The notes under the pieces were generated by a model. The model was not told where the DNA came from. It saw nothing but the letters and a program-made list of their open reading frames with translations, and made no database searches. Position numbers and translations under genes: made by a program. This document shows, in pieces, positions 25,162-37,999 of a stretch of 45,790 bases of DNA (positions are counted from its first letter, which is position 1; each line of letters starts with the position of its first letter). The DNA is from Paraglomus brasilianum (Eukaryota). The stretch covers positions 1 to 45,790 of the forward strand of contig CAJVPI010000177.1 of NCBI GenBank assembly GCA_910592345.1. The letters are read 5' to 3'.

Positions 25162-26141
25162 GGTTGGTGGTGGTTGGGGGGACTCGTAAACTGCGTGAAA
25201 AGAAGCAAGATGAAATCATATGAATTATGGCAGACGTTTGTACATGGGCGAAACCCTGCTCGCTAATAACGAGTCGATTAGATAGTATCAGGCTGTGGGC
25301 TTGTAAGATGTCGAGCATGAGATGCATCTTAACCCGCATCGTACAAAAAATGTGGGTTCCTCACTAATCGAGAATAAAGTTTCCTCTTTTCTAGTTCTAA
25401 CTAGCTAATAAAAATAATCTCTTGTGTTATCTTTTTCTCCTTATACGGAATAGCCAATTGGTGCGTTGTTTGAATACACCAAAGAAAAAGTTTTTTTTCT
25501 TGTTTCTTTGCGAAACATGGACAAAAAAGGTCAAATAAAATTTTATACAATCAGATGCCCAATATACTATCCGATATGAACGTATATTTCAACCACTAAT
25601 AATAGTCGATAAACAGAATATAAATAGTATTTATACATTACGAATAAATAAATAAATAAATATTGTCTCGTTTAATTGTATCGTTTTATATTTGTTGTAT
25701 ATATATATTATTATTATATGCTTGTATAATTATGTTTATATCATAACAATACTTTGTATATTACAACAGTACTTTTTTAAATTGAAGGCTGATTTTTGGT
25801 TGAAACCTATTAAATTAAATTATCGCTTATTGTAATTGCAAGACATCTAACTATAACATAAAACTTGATAAAGCCAGCTTCCTCCACTCCCTTTCCTCTC
25901 TCTTTGCCTGGAAGTATACCAGCCTACAAACCCTTCAAATAATAATCCTCTCTTAATAGACCATCCTCCTAATAGCAACCTTGCCTTCTCCCCCTCTCGA
26001 CTCCTCTTCGCTCACCTAGATATTGATTAAAGAAGCATAACAAAAGACTGGTTGCTTACAGGGAAACATATAGAAACTAGCAACACAACAGATTGGCGGC
26101 AACTCGCGTAGATAGACACAAGCAAACACCTTTTCCGATTT

Positions 26142-28579
26142 ATGGCTGGTTTCCAGAATTCAAATAAGCTATACACCGAATCATCTAACACCTCTGCATT
26201 AACAACTGTTACCACTCACTACACTCAGCAAGCTCTTCCCCACCCCACAACGCCAACTTCTCCAGCTCCATCACTGCCCACCACTACCAACAGCAGCAAC
26301 TCCAATATTACTCCCACCGCCAACTCGTCTGCTAAAAACAATCTTACTTCGGTTCCCCGTTCATTAAATACCGCTCCCGTTCTACAACACTCGAATAATT
26401 CTGCCTTCTCTCCATATCAGAACATCCCTCAACACCCAACTCCCGTAACCACTCCCACCTCAACTAAACCTCAACTAATACATCCAGACTCCACGATGAT
26501 GGCCTCTCATTTGGACAGTAATGCTCTAATTTATCCCCAACATACTGCACATTTTGCCAACCCGCCAAACCAATTCTGGCCATCATGGAACACACTCAGC
26601 GGTGGCAACTCTCCTGGTGCTGTCGCCATATCCAATACTGCTGGCGGCAGCGCTTTTATGCCTGCTGTTGGCTATGGAGCAACACCCGGTGGCCTGTCAC
26701 AGCATAACCCTCGGCCAAAACTAACAACTACAATATGGGAAGATGAGGGAACGCTATGCTACCAAGTCGATGCTCGAGGAATTTGTGTAGCAAGACGTCA
26801 AGGTATGAGAATACCTTTCGTGATCTGGGTGATCATAATCAGTTTCGCAAGTTTTATATAGTCTAACATGTGTTTGTTATCCATCCCACCTGTCAGATAA
26901 TAATATGATTAACGGCACTAAACTTTTGAACGTTGTGGGAATGTCACGTGGAAAAAGAGATGGTATTCTAAAGAATGAGAAAGGGCGTGTAGTCGTTAAA
27001 GTTGGAGCAATGCACTTGAAGGGCGTATGGTAAGTTTGCAATAATGACAATAGTCGGTTGGCTAAAGAGTTCATTCATATCAAGCATTGTTGATCGCTTA
27101 TGCAACTTGCACTCTTTTTATTTCCATAAACGATAGGATTACATTTGGAAGAGCAAAGACTCTGGCTCAACAATTCAAGATCCACGAGTTATTATACCCG
27201 TTGTTCGTTGAGGATCCAGGTGTCTTCCTTCACAATTATACAGCGCCTATGCAGACAAATAGAATCCCTTCAATGAACGGTGTCGGTGCACACACCCAGT
27301 GGCGACCGCATACATTTACAAATGCATTTAACGGTCCTACATATGATAGGCAGTGGTATGGCTATAGTAATGGTGGCGGAATAATTAATCAAGCATCCCA
27401 ACCACAAGATCACAATTCACCTGCATATCCACCAAACGCAAAGTATGTACAGAATGATTTTACTAACGTGTTGCTATAGTTCATTCTGTCTTACTCAAGC
27501 ATTTTCTCGTATCTAGCAACCATGCAACCCAACACATAGACGATGAATATTCTAATTATGCAGTAATCAATGGGCAGCCACAAGGCCAACAAAATGTAGT
27601 CGTTTCTGGGACGACGGTTAGTATTTGACGCTGGATTGAGACAAATAGATATTTATTAAATATAGTACTAACTGTTACATGATCCATTTCAATAATCCCC
27701 TCACGATCGACGTTTCAGACTTCTTTCCAACCACGTTCACCAGTCTCTTATGATACTGGTGCTTCTGCTGCCATCAACTCTGGACCTAATGCACGACCGG
27801 GCACCCCAGTGTATCCCAACGTTAAATCGGAAGACGCTGTTGGTAGTAATGGAAACAATTATTACCGACAACCGGCAGGGATTTATAATCATCTAGTCTC
27901 TGCAGATGTTGCAAACGGGACGACACCTCAATCGAATTCCACATCACAAATAATTGGTCAAAAACGAGGCTATGTTGGCGATGATGAGACTGACGACTAT
28001 AATGGATCAAATCAATCGAGCCCACCTCTTGCCATGCATCCACCGCCATTGAACGGCATTCCTGTCAATACGGCTATGAATGTCGCTGCTGGCTCATTTC
28101 CAAGCCCGATGAACGCTAGTCCTAATTCATCTCCTGGTTCATCTGCTTTTTCTGGATGGCCTGCTGGCAAACGTGTCAAGTACGAATTCTCCGAGTCAAC
28201 GGCGTCCTCTTCTGCTCAATCATCACCAAGGATTAGCGGATATGCGCTTCCTGGACTGGCTAATGGTGCTGGGCCATCCGCTGCACCCGCAACTCCGACA
28301 CAAACATACACTAACAGTTCTCTGCAACTAGTAACAAACGCACAACAAAGTAGTCCGCACCATTATTCATCAGCTGGAGCGAATGCAAACGGTCCTGCCA
28401 CGGGTACCACTACACCTACAAATGAGGGATTAGATCGATATTTTCAAGACAATAGTACCGTTTTACACACACCATCACCAGATAATGCTCCCGTCGAGGA
28501 GGCAAGGCGATATGAACAATATCGAAGAGAAGAAACAACAAGTGAGGAGATCAATAGTAATAGCTGGGGAGTGGAATAG
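26142..28579 (+). CDS. stuA: APSES transcription factor, StuA/Sok2/Phd1/Efg1 class; exons 26142-26802, 26897-27029, 27137-27442, 27517-27616, 27719-28579
   Basis: Spliced APSES domain [101 protein letters not shown]. All four GT-AG junctions keep the frame. Low-complexity S/P/N/Q flanks. Confidence 0.95.
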
Positions 28580-29284
28580 AATAGACTAATGTTCATAGGT
28601 TTTAAAAAAAAATTAGATACACTTCTTGAATTTCGAATTTGTGTAAATCATGCTTTGCTTTCTTTGTTTCGTTTCTTTTTTGACTATAAAAGACCAAAAA
28701 AAAATAATGAAAATCCAAGAAACAATTATTTCTTTTAGTATTTTTCTTTGCTTTTACTTTTTCTTTTTCTTTTTTTAAATTACACTAGTAGCAAAAGTTT
28801 CTCTTGATACCTCTCGAATGGACTCTTTAGATTCTTTAAATTCAAGTTTAGATAGTGACCGGGAGAGTACGGGAGATTTCTACCTCTCTTTTTTTTTGTT
28901 TGCTCAAACAAGTTTATACAGTTGGGTTTGGTAGATGGGCTGCGGGACTTTTTTGGGAACTTTATAGCCCGTCTTGATGCGAAATAATACCGATTTAGCT
29001 CGAGTCGGCTGTAAAAAGGTTCCCATCTTTTAAATACAATTTTTCTGATACAATGTGTCGTTCAAAGATTTTCGTGTTAGTAAAAGAAAAAAAATAAATA
29101 AATTGTATGTAAGATATAGAGTAATTAATATCTTTTTTCGAGGTGTGGAAATGATAAAAATGTACCGGAGATAATTTAATTATTTAATGCTGATCATGCT
29201 ATGCTGATGCAGGGCCCACATAAATCGGTCCAAATTCGTCAGAGTATTTTATTAATTTGTAGCATACTGTACTAACACCAAATC

Positions 29285-29336
29285 AATCAGGCGGTTTAAG
29301 TAAAAGTCAGGTGTTCTACCATTGAGCTAACAAGTC
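29285..29336 (-). pseudogene. Broken tRNA-Lys(UUU): 5' half on minus strand (29336-29301), start of 3' half on plus strand (29285-29300)
   Basis: Minus: GACTTGT TA GCTC AATGGTA GAAC A CCTGA CT TTT A. Plus: AA TCAGG CGGTT TAAG, in which TCAGG is the exact anticodon-stem partner of CCTGA. No T loop is attached. Confidence 0.65.
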
Positions 29337-29466
29337 TTATAGTCTACTATAAACATGATACTATGGACTTGTTGTACACCACAAGTCACGTATTCGATCA
29401 TGTCACATGTCCGAACATTTAACAACGGCAGGCCATTATTTTTAATTTCCTTTTTTCTGTTTCTTT

Positions 29467-29511
29467 GAATGGTAGACACACAAGAATGAGGGTTCGACTC
29501 CCTTATCCATA
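29467..29511 (+). pseudogene. Internally deleted tRNA remnant (tRNA-Leu-like D loop plus intact T arm)
   Basis: GAATGGTAGACAC ACAAGA joined to AT GAGGG TTCGACT CCCTT ATCCATA. The anticodon loop and variable arm are missing. Confidence 0.55.
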
Positions 29512-29826
29512 AAAAGACCATAACTCAATAAACAAAAAAAGAAATTTAAAAACTAAATCAAGAGTTAAGCTGCTCTCAAAAGCAGCACTCTAACTCGTAA
29601 CGTTGACGAGAGTTGTTTTTCAATATTAATTAGTTGATTATATGAAAATTCCGGAAGGGTACGAACAATATTCAATAATTTTTTCGATGTTTTTAAGGCG
29701 CAGATTAAAAACCATTTAATATTAAAGTTTTGTTTGTTGGTTTTTTTTTTCCCCACAAATTATCTTCCCACAATTTCAATAAGAGTAACCACCATTACTA
29801 GAATAATATAACATTGAACATAACTA

Positions 29827-32800
29827 CTATGTGAAAAGGCGTGGAGAGATATTCATCGCCATCAATTCTTGGAAAAGTAATTTACATGCATATGGAATGT
29901 GGACTTGCGATATCTGTGTGAAATTAACAAGTCAGTAAATAGCTGCAGTTTTAAGTGACATAATCTGATGAGCTTCCTCGTGGCAGAATATATCGTAATT
30001 ACCTGTGTAGTATTCTTACAAGCTTTACATTCAAAAGTATTCTTTTTTAAGTTTGCTATAGCCATCAATCCGCAAATGTCACAGACATGTATGCGGTATG
30101 CATCAGACGCGTCAAAAAGCCGTTCCTATTAAAATACAACGAAAACATGTCGACGTGAAAAATAAATTCTACAATCAGGTAATAATATTTAAAAAGGGGA
30201 ACAAACATACCTTGAGGAACATGGCTGTACCGTGCGAAATCATACAGTCTCGTTCCATTTCTCCAAAACGTAATCCACCGTCGCGACTCCGTCCTTCTAC
30301 TGGCTGCCTTGTAAGAATCTGTACGGGTCCTCTCGCCCGTGAACTGATTGATAAAAATAACACATTTAGTAGAGTTGCAGACACTGTCTAAACATTCACA
30401 ATTACTTTACTCACTGAATCTTGTCGTCTACCATATGCTTGAGACGCTGATAATAGGTAGGGCCCAAAAATATTTGGGCCGAGAGCTTGCGACCCGTGTG
30501 TCCATTGTACATGACTTCGAAGCCTCGGGACTGGTAACCCTGCTCCCTGAGACCAGCCGAGATTGCTTCGACAGTCACGTCTGTGAACGGTGTCGCATCA
30601 CCCTCACTACCTGTTAGGGTAGAGACCTAGCCAAATAACATAATAAGTAAGCTTGCGACAGCAGAAAAGAGTTGATAGTTAATCTGTAGTTGTTTAACTA
30701 CCTTTCCTAGCAGACATTCAACCAAATGACCTATCGTCATACGACTCGGAATAGCATGCGGGTTTATGATTAAATCCGGTGTGATTCCGTCTGCAGTAAA
30801 TGGCATATCCTCCTGGCGATATGTGACGCCAATAGTACCCTTTTGACCATGACGACTCGCGAATTTATCTGGATGGTAAGGTGAATGAATAAAGTGCAAT
30901 TGCTCATAATACCTGTTCTTTTGCAATATCATCGCACTCACCTCCCATTTGAGGTATACGGGTACTTCGCACACGAACTTTAACAAATTTCATTCCTTCC
31001 TGATTAGTTGTCACCATGACTGAATCGACGATTCCCGATTCAGTACTTCTAAGAGGAGTAGACGCATCACGTTTTGTATGAGTGCTTTGTCGTTGACCTA
31101 GTTCCAGGGTATCCGGAGGAATCGGTGTGACCTTTCCAATAATAATATCATCTCCAGAAACTCGAGTTCCAGGAGCAACTAGCCCGTCTTCTTCAATTTT
31201 TTCATAGGTTCCATGCTTCAAACGAAGCGTTGTTTCTCTTGTGGGTTTTTCAAACTCCTCAATAGTCAACATTCCCTAGAGATTTTCGAAAAAAGCAACG
31301 TGAACTATTGTTTTTGATGTTAAATGATAAACAAACAAAACTTACGTACCACTTTCTTTTCCTGATCCATATAACTTCTGTAAAACATACTCCTAAACAA
31401 ACCCCGATCAATGCTACTCTGATTCATGATTACCGAATCTTCCTGGTTATATCCGCTATAACATAGGATAGCAACGATCGCGTTCTGACCAGCAGGCAGT
31501 TCACGGAACCGCAAAAACTCCATGGCACGTGTTGTTACAAGTGGTTTTTGGGGATAGTATAAAATGTTTGCTAAAGTGTCCATTCGCAGTTGATAATTTG
31601 TAACATATACACCCATCGCTTGTTTACCCATAGCGGATTGATAAGTATTACGAGGAGACTAGAGAAGAAAAGAAAACAAATCAGACATGAAACAGCATAT
31701 CGGTATAACAATAAATTAAAATTCATGGAAAAAGTATTTACTTGATTGTGATCTGGGAAAGGTATGATGCTCGCACAGATGCCTAGAATCATACTAGGGT
31801 GAATTTCACAATGAGTCCAGGAGTTTGTATACGCGGCGATATTGCTTTTAACACGTGCAGAGACATCCTTCACTTTCTGCTTTGTTATTTCTTTTTCACC
31901 ACCAAGATGGTATCGCCGCGATTCGGCAAGGTCTTGTGGCGTCATACAAATCATAACTGTTTCTTCTTCTTCGGCATCTATAAGCTCGATGCATCCGTTC
32001 GCAATTAGATCTTGCCAACCGAAAGTAGGCGCGTCTGGATCATTTTTCTAATAAAATCGTTATAATCTTTGACTACATTCAAAAGAAAAAGAGTTGTTTG
32101 CACAATTGGAATATTGTGTCGTACCGATTCTTCCAGCTTCTGTACTATTTCCTTAGTGATTACCAATCTCATGTCTTGCACAATAAATAGTGGCCTGCAG
32201 ACTCTTCCAGCATCTGTATAAAGTCGTAATTCCCTTTCACGAATGTCTCTGACAACACTTACTTCTGGGCTCACATCGACGCATCGTCTCAAACGTTTAA
32301 GAGTATTGACAAGTTCTTCTGGATCATGAGTGACCCCAGCCCAACTACCATTCACAAATATCTTTGTAGCTTCATTCAAATTGACGTTGCTCGATTGTAT
32401 TTCAGCAAGATTCTGCATGCCAAACTCCTCCAAGAATTCAATAATCGGGTCGGATGAGCTCCCAACAGAAATATAGGACATTAAAGCCAAGTTCTTGACC
32501 AAACCGCAAGCTTGTCCTTCAGGCGTTTCAGCAGGACAAACCATACCCCAGTGCGTATTATGAAGCTGGCGTGGCTTGGCAATCTTTCCGTCACGTCCCA
32601 TCGGTGTATTGCATCTTCTCAGATGGGAAAGTGTAGACGCAAACGTATAGCGATTGAGTACTTGCGAGACACCGGCTCTCGACTGAATGTCGAATAATAA
32701 TGCAATTAATCCTAGCATCAAGAATGAGGATATATAAAAATATTAACATAATGCCTATTATACCTGCATGGCCTTCTTCTGATCTCCCCAATTCCCCGTA

Positions 32801-35163
32801 GCCAAAGAATATTTTAATCCATTAGTAATAGTCTGCGCCTTCACTGCCAAATTGAGGTTAAATTCACGACTTGTATCGATGCACTGTAAACAAGAAGTCA
32901 TCGATGTTAGCGCTGTGCAGTCATGATCGTATAAGATTGAAGTGACAAACCTTGCGCAAATAGGCACCAATATCTTTTGTAAGTTTTTTAAAGAGCATAC
33001 GGAATAACGACGCTAGTAGTGGTCCGGCAAGATCCATCCTTTTCTTTCCGTAATGATCTCGATCATCTAATTCGCGCCTCCCAAGGGCAGCGAGCAGTAA
33101 TCGATGTACCATATAACCGAAAAAATATGCTTTTTTCGTTTCACATTTAAATTCAGTACCGACATGAGGCAACAGTTCTTTTTGTAATATTTCTCTTGCG
33201 TACCTAAATACCATTAAATTATTCGTGTCAACATTTTTCTCATAATGATATTCACTATGAATACATCACACATACTTTATACGCCTATCGCGAGTTGCTC
33301 CCGTAGTTGTCCCTCTACGACCGATCCAATCCAAAGCAACCTATAGTTATGTTAGAAGTATGGCTACTAGTTGCAAAATGTTTTGATACACAGAGATCAA
33401 AATGATACCTCTTGGCTTTGGATTGCAAAAGCCTCCTCTATGCACGGTTTGAGCGCCTCCAGCATTTGGAAATCATTAGCATCATAGCAGATATGTTCAA
33501 GAAACTCCTTATCTGCCACTAGGCCAAGAGCACGGAATACAATCACCACTGGAACATCTTTTTTAATATATGGTATGGTCGAGTGAATATATTGACCCGT
33601 TGACTATTGCAAAAGAAAGATTAGCAACACAGATTGATTCCTGTTATATAGACAACAGATTACACTCTTGGGTGTGAACATACTCCTCTTTCGGCCGTCT
33701 TTGCCAATAGCTTGATCATCAGGGAGCTTGACTGCTTCGAACCTTTTTCGACAGCACTCCTTATCTCGGCCGTGTATGAATATGGTGAAGGGGGTGACTT
33801 CGCAAAGACATACACTGTATTAGTTGCCATCCTTTCTTGAGCGATAAGCACCTTCTCAGAGCCGTTTATAATAAAATAGCCACCCTGATGGTAAAAAGAA
33901 ATGATTGTAGGTAAAAATACGCGCAAGATTAAAATAAACGGGTTGATCAAGTCCGAGTTTTTGAGCAAACCTGATCATATGGACATTCGTTCAAGGCGTA
34001 TAAATTCTTATCCTCCAATCCATGTAAAACGCAGAAAGTTGATCTTAGCATTATCGGTACCTGTCCAGCAAGGCATGTTTTTTTGTATCGTGAATATTCA
34101 CAAATCAATTATTGACATGTATGGTGAAAATTGTCAGATTTCTAACCTTTCCCACAAAGACTTTATCGAAATCTGCGGGATTCTGATTCTCTTCTTGAAG
34201 GTCGTCTTCGTTGAACATATCATTCACATTCGTCTTGTCTCGATTGGCAGGTGCTCTAGGATCCGCATGTGCTATCTTCTCCCTCATGTCAACGTATAAT
34301 GGTGCGGCATATCTGTTGTATATACCGAAACAATCCCGTTAAAATCTAATTCTTTCAAGAAAACTCTATAAAAAATAATTAAATCAAACAAAAATACGAT
34401 CGAAAACCGTACGTCAAGTTCCGAAGTCGAGCTTCTTGGGGAAACATGGCTTGACAACTACCATCCGCTTCGGTCATTGTCGGTTTGGATAAATAAACTT
34501 GACCGAATTGAATGTAAAATCGTCTCTGATGTGAAGTAAGTAAGCCTTGAGATATTTAATGAACGATTCACGATCGCACTCTATTGCACGCAGTAGCTCC
34601 ACCCCACCGTCAACATATATAACTGAATTAAAAGTTGTGCCATCCTTCAATAGTCAATGATGGTAGAGACCATATATTAGAGCGCTACTTCGAAATCTCC
34701 AAGTTCTCTTCTACCATCTCGGCTACTTCAAGAGAGCATAGCTTTATTTTCTTTTTTATTTACAAGCATAACGACACTTTCTAGAGCAATATATAATGCT
34801 GCGATTTCTACAAACACACCCTCTCTAACATAATTCACGATCGCCACTTTTGAGATTCAATATTCATTATAGCTTTCTACGGATCTGTTACAAGTTCAAT
34901 CCAAGGGAAGCAATCAGTTTACATACCGCCTGATCACCTTCGCTTCCAGAGCCTTGTATTGTTTGTAGAACTAGATTCCTGTTCTCGTCAACAATCTCTT
35001 GCATAGTGTTCTGAACAAACTCGTCGAACGAGTCCAGCTGTTGACGAACAAGTCCTTTGTCGTTAAAAAATGTTTGAATGACGGCCCAGCAGTCTTCCTG
35101 GGAAATGTCTCCACCATCTTCTTCTATTATATTATCTGGATCGTAGTGAAGTCCTTGGTACAT
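29827..35163 (-). CDS. RPB2: DNA-directed RNA polymerase II second-largest subunit, multi-exon
   Basis: [109 protein letters not shown], and terminal [23 protein letters not shown]. Confidence 0.99.
34566..34844 (-). ncRNA. Candidate intronic structured RNA (H/ACA snoRNA-like) in RPB2 intron 1
   Basis: Hairpin GATGGTAGA/TCTACCATC, preceded by an A-rich ANANNA hinge and followed by ACAact on the transcribed strand. Flanked by 12-bp direct repeats. Confidence 0.25.
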
Positions 35164-35604
35164 GGTTTTCGTTAGGGATCTAACCTGATCATCATCGTTT
35201 TTTTTATTTACGTAATAACCAAACTTCTACGTCATCAATAACTTAACGTGCTGCGCCAGCGGCACACAATTGTTAAACGAACGATCGCTTTTATGATCTG
35301 ACACTCTATAAAAAACTAAAAATGTTTATAGGATATTTAGCTGAATATACAACACCAGACAACTCCTTTAAGTTACGAATCATGACAAAGGACGACCATG
35401 AGGGATTCTGTTCCGAAGAGTTTAAAAGATAAATTTATATAATAAAGATATAAAGTAAAACAGAACCTATAACCACATTGTCCCACACATCGAGAGTGTT
35501 GGCTTTGTTACACGTATACAAATATATAGTATATGCACCTCCCCATTCATTACAGTGATTGTTGGATACACGCCAATTCCAATATCAAGAATATTTTATA
35601 ATTT

Positions 35605-37999
35605 TCATTTGCCGACAGTACCGACAGTACCAATTCTCAATTTCTCAAGTTCTTCCTTTACCATCTTCCGTGTTGTTCCATTCGTAGCGGCAGTCGACAA
35701 TTTAGGGTTTTCTGAAGATAAGTTGGTTGCGGAACCATTCGCAGATGATTGTGAGGATCTACTTGTGCCTGAATTGAGTGCCTTCTTTTCAAGAAGCCCT
35801 TGGAAGAAATTATGAAGAACTTCATTCTGGGAAGGTCCTTGTGCCGATGCCCCTACGCCATTTACAGTGCCATTTGTAGGAACACCGTTAGAAGCCGGCA
35901 CTTGGGCTGTACTTTTGCTTTGATCCTATGAATATAAATAACACATTTAGAACCGCCCCCAACAGCTATTACTTGTTGATTCCCAAACCTCATCGGAGTT
36001 ACTCACCCCTTTGTTGCCAATCCCGAGTTTAGCCCATCTCTCTTCGTCAATTCCACCAATGTTAGTGTATGCAGCTGTATAAGCTGCTGCACCCATTGGC
36101 CCAACCACCGATGGTGCCATTTGCACTTTTTCGCCATTTGCTTTCGAGAATGTATCATAATATTCCTTAAAGAAGTCTTGTTCGTCTTCAGCAACAATCA
36201 TATCTTGTTCTGACAACGGCTGATAATAAAGGAAGGAAGTTTACTATATTTCCTATTGTTCACAAATGCATGCGGCATGCAAAAGGAAATTACCTTGTCG
36301 TCATCTTCCTTATAGATGACTTCATCGTATATCTTTTTAGCGCTCACACTACTATCATCTGACTGATTACTATCGTCCCGATCAATGTCGTCATCCCATC
36401 CCTCCGACAAACCTTTACAATCGAATTCTCGGGAAATATTGATCTTTGCCCAAGAATCCCATCCAGTTGGAATCATTACTTGCTCTTTGTTAACAACGTC
36501 AGTCTTTAAATTAAAAGCAAATGCAGATTTGTTGGTGCTTGAAGATGATTTTGCACCAAGAAGTCTGTAGAGAATGTATTTACGAAGATTCTTGATTGTT
36601 TCTGGATGTTGAATAGATGTGTAGAACAAAGCGGCGCCATCTTTAACAGCAAAAGTGTGAAAATAAGCGATAGTTCTGTTATAAAAGTAAATATAACTGA
36701 GATAAGTTGTCGTTCACTTACACTTAAGGCAGACTGTTCGTAAACTTTGCTGTATGTATTCAAACTGTTCTTCTTTGAATTTGAATTTAGAATCTTGCTC
36801 GAGATTTGAAATATTATCAGACTAAATTGTAGGAAAATTTTCTGTTCAATATGTTTGACTCAACTTTGAAACGTTTTTTTTTTAGAATAAAATACTAATC
36901 CAGACCTTTGCGCAAACGACAACTAACGGAATGCCCAAATTAGTTGTTAGAGTTCCTGGACCCATAGGAAGTGCCACGTCCGATTCAGGTTCAAGAACAT
37001 TGGAATTAGGTGCAGATGTCTCAGAGTCGCTATATGACTGAATAAACTTTTCCACTGTTATATGCTTACATGTTAGTTAATTCCACATAGAAACACTAAT
37101 CACACTTAAAAATAGAAAACGTACATAATTCCGTCATTTCTTCAACTAGAACTTTGCCCTTTGTCCAACCATTCTTTGAACCAGATTCACCCTCTTTCTT
37201 CACAGAATCGATTGCCTGTTCAACCACTTTGATCCAACGCTGCAACGTCTCGACGAAAGTCCACGGACGAGACCAATCCAAGACTATCACAATAAGCGAT
37301 TCTGGTAGCGTTGTTAGATTGAGAGCGAAACGAAGCAAAGAATGATAGGCTTTATCTGAGCCCGCCAGCTGGTAAAATCCAAGACGAGCGATTGTGTCAT
37401 CTGCAGATCAAATGACCAAGGTTAAAAAAACACGCCGCAGTTAATCCAACACGTTCAAAACATCAATCTGTTGCATCTTAAAAGCGTTTGACGTTCCTTT
37501 CACGAACAATTTTACCGTGCAAATATGACATTACAAATACTACAAACCTTCAGCTTCATCATCGTCAATATCAACAAATGTATAACTAAGTGCCAAGTCA
37601 TTACTCTGATTGTCTCCTTTTGATAATTCATCCTCTGCTTTGTTAAGACTGCTGTTGCGGTCCGAATCGTCTTCACCCTTTAAATAACTGATGAGAGTGG
37701 ATTTTCCCGACTCCTTATCACCTTGTTTCGGGATGGATACGTACAAGTTAGCGAATACTCTAGGTTTGATTTTTCATATAGAATAAAATGAACCTTGGTT
37801 TATACTGATTCTTTACTGACAGAAGGGACGAACCTAGTATTATTGCGTTTTTTGTTGGAATAACCTTAGAGGACGATACACTGTCCAGTATGGAAGACCA
37901 AATGCCTTCTTCTCGGTCCTGTTTCTGCCCTGAAGTGCCATCTACAAGCTGTGCTGGTTGTTCATCATTCACATTAGAGTCTCCTGTGTTGGGTGCCAT
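35605..37999 (-). CDS. DYNC1LI1: Cytoplasmic dynein 1 light intermediate chain, multi-exon
   Basis: IWSSILDSVS, GDKESGKSTLI (G-domain P-loop), LIVIVLDWSRPWTFVETLQRW, TNLGIPLVVVCAK, GAALFYTS, IPTGWDSWAKI, and C-terminal adaptor-binding helix NEVLHNFFQGLL. Confidence 0.93.

Noticed and set aside
19945..25339. Short hydrophobic or low-complexity ORFs in the intergenic region
   Set aside because: Several are translations of microsatellites or minisatellites; the rest have no motifs or splice support.
29285..29511. Functional intron-containing tRNA gene
   Set aside because: No co-oriented 3' half with a T arm follows the Lys 5' half; the only T arm is on the opposite strand and has a different acceptor stem.
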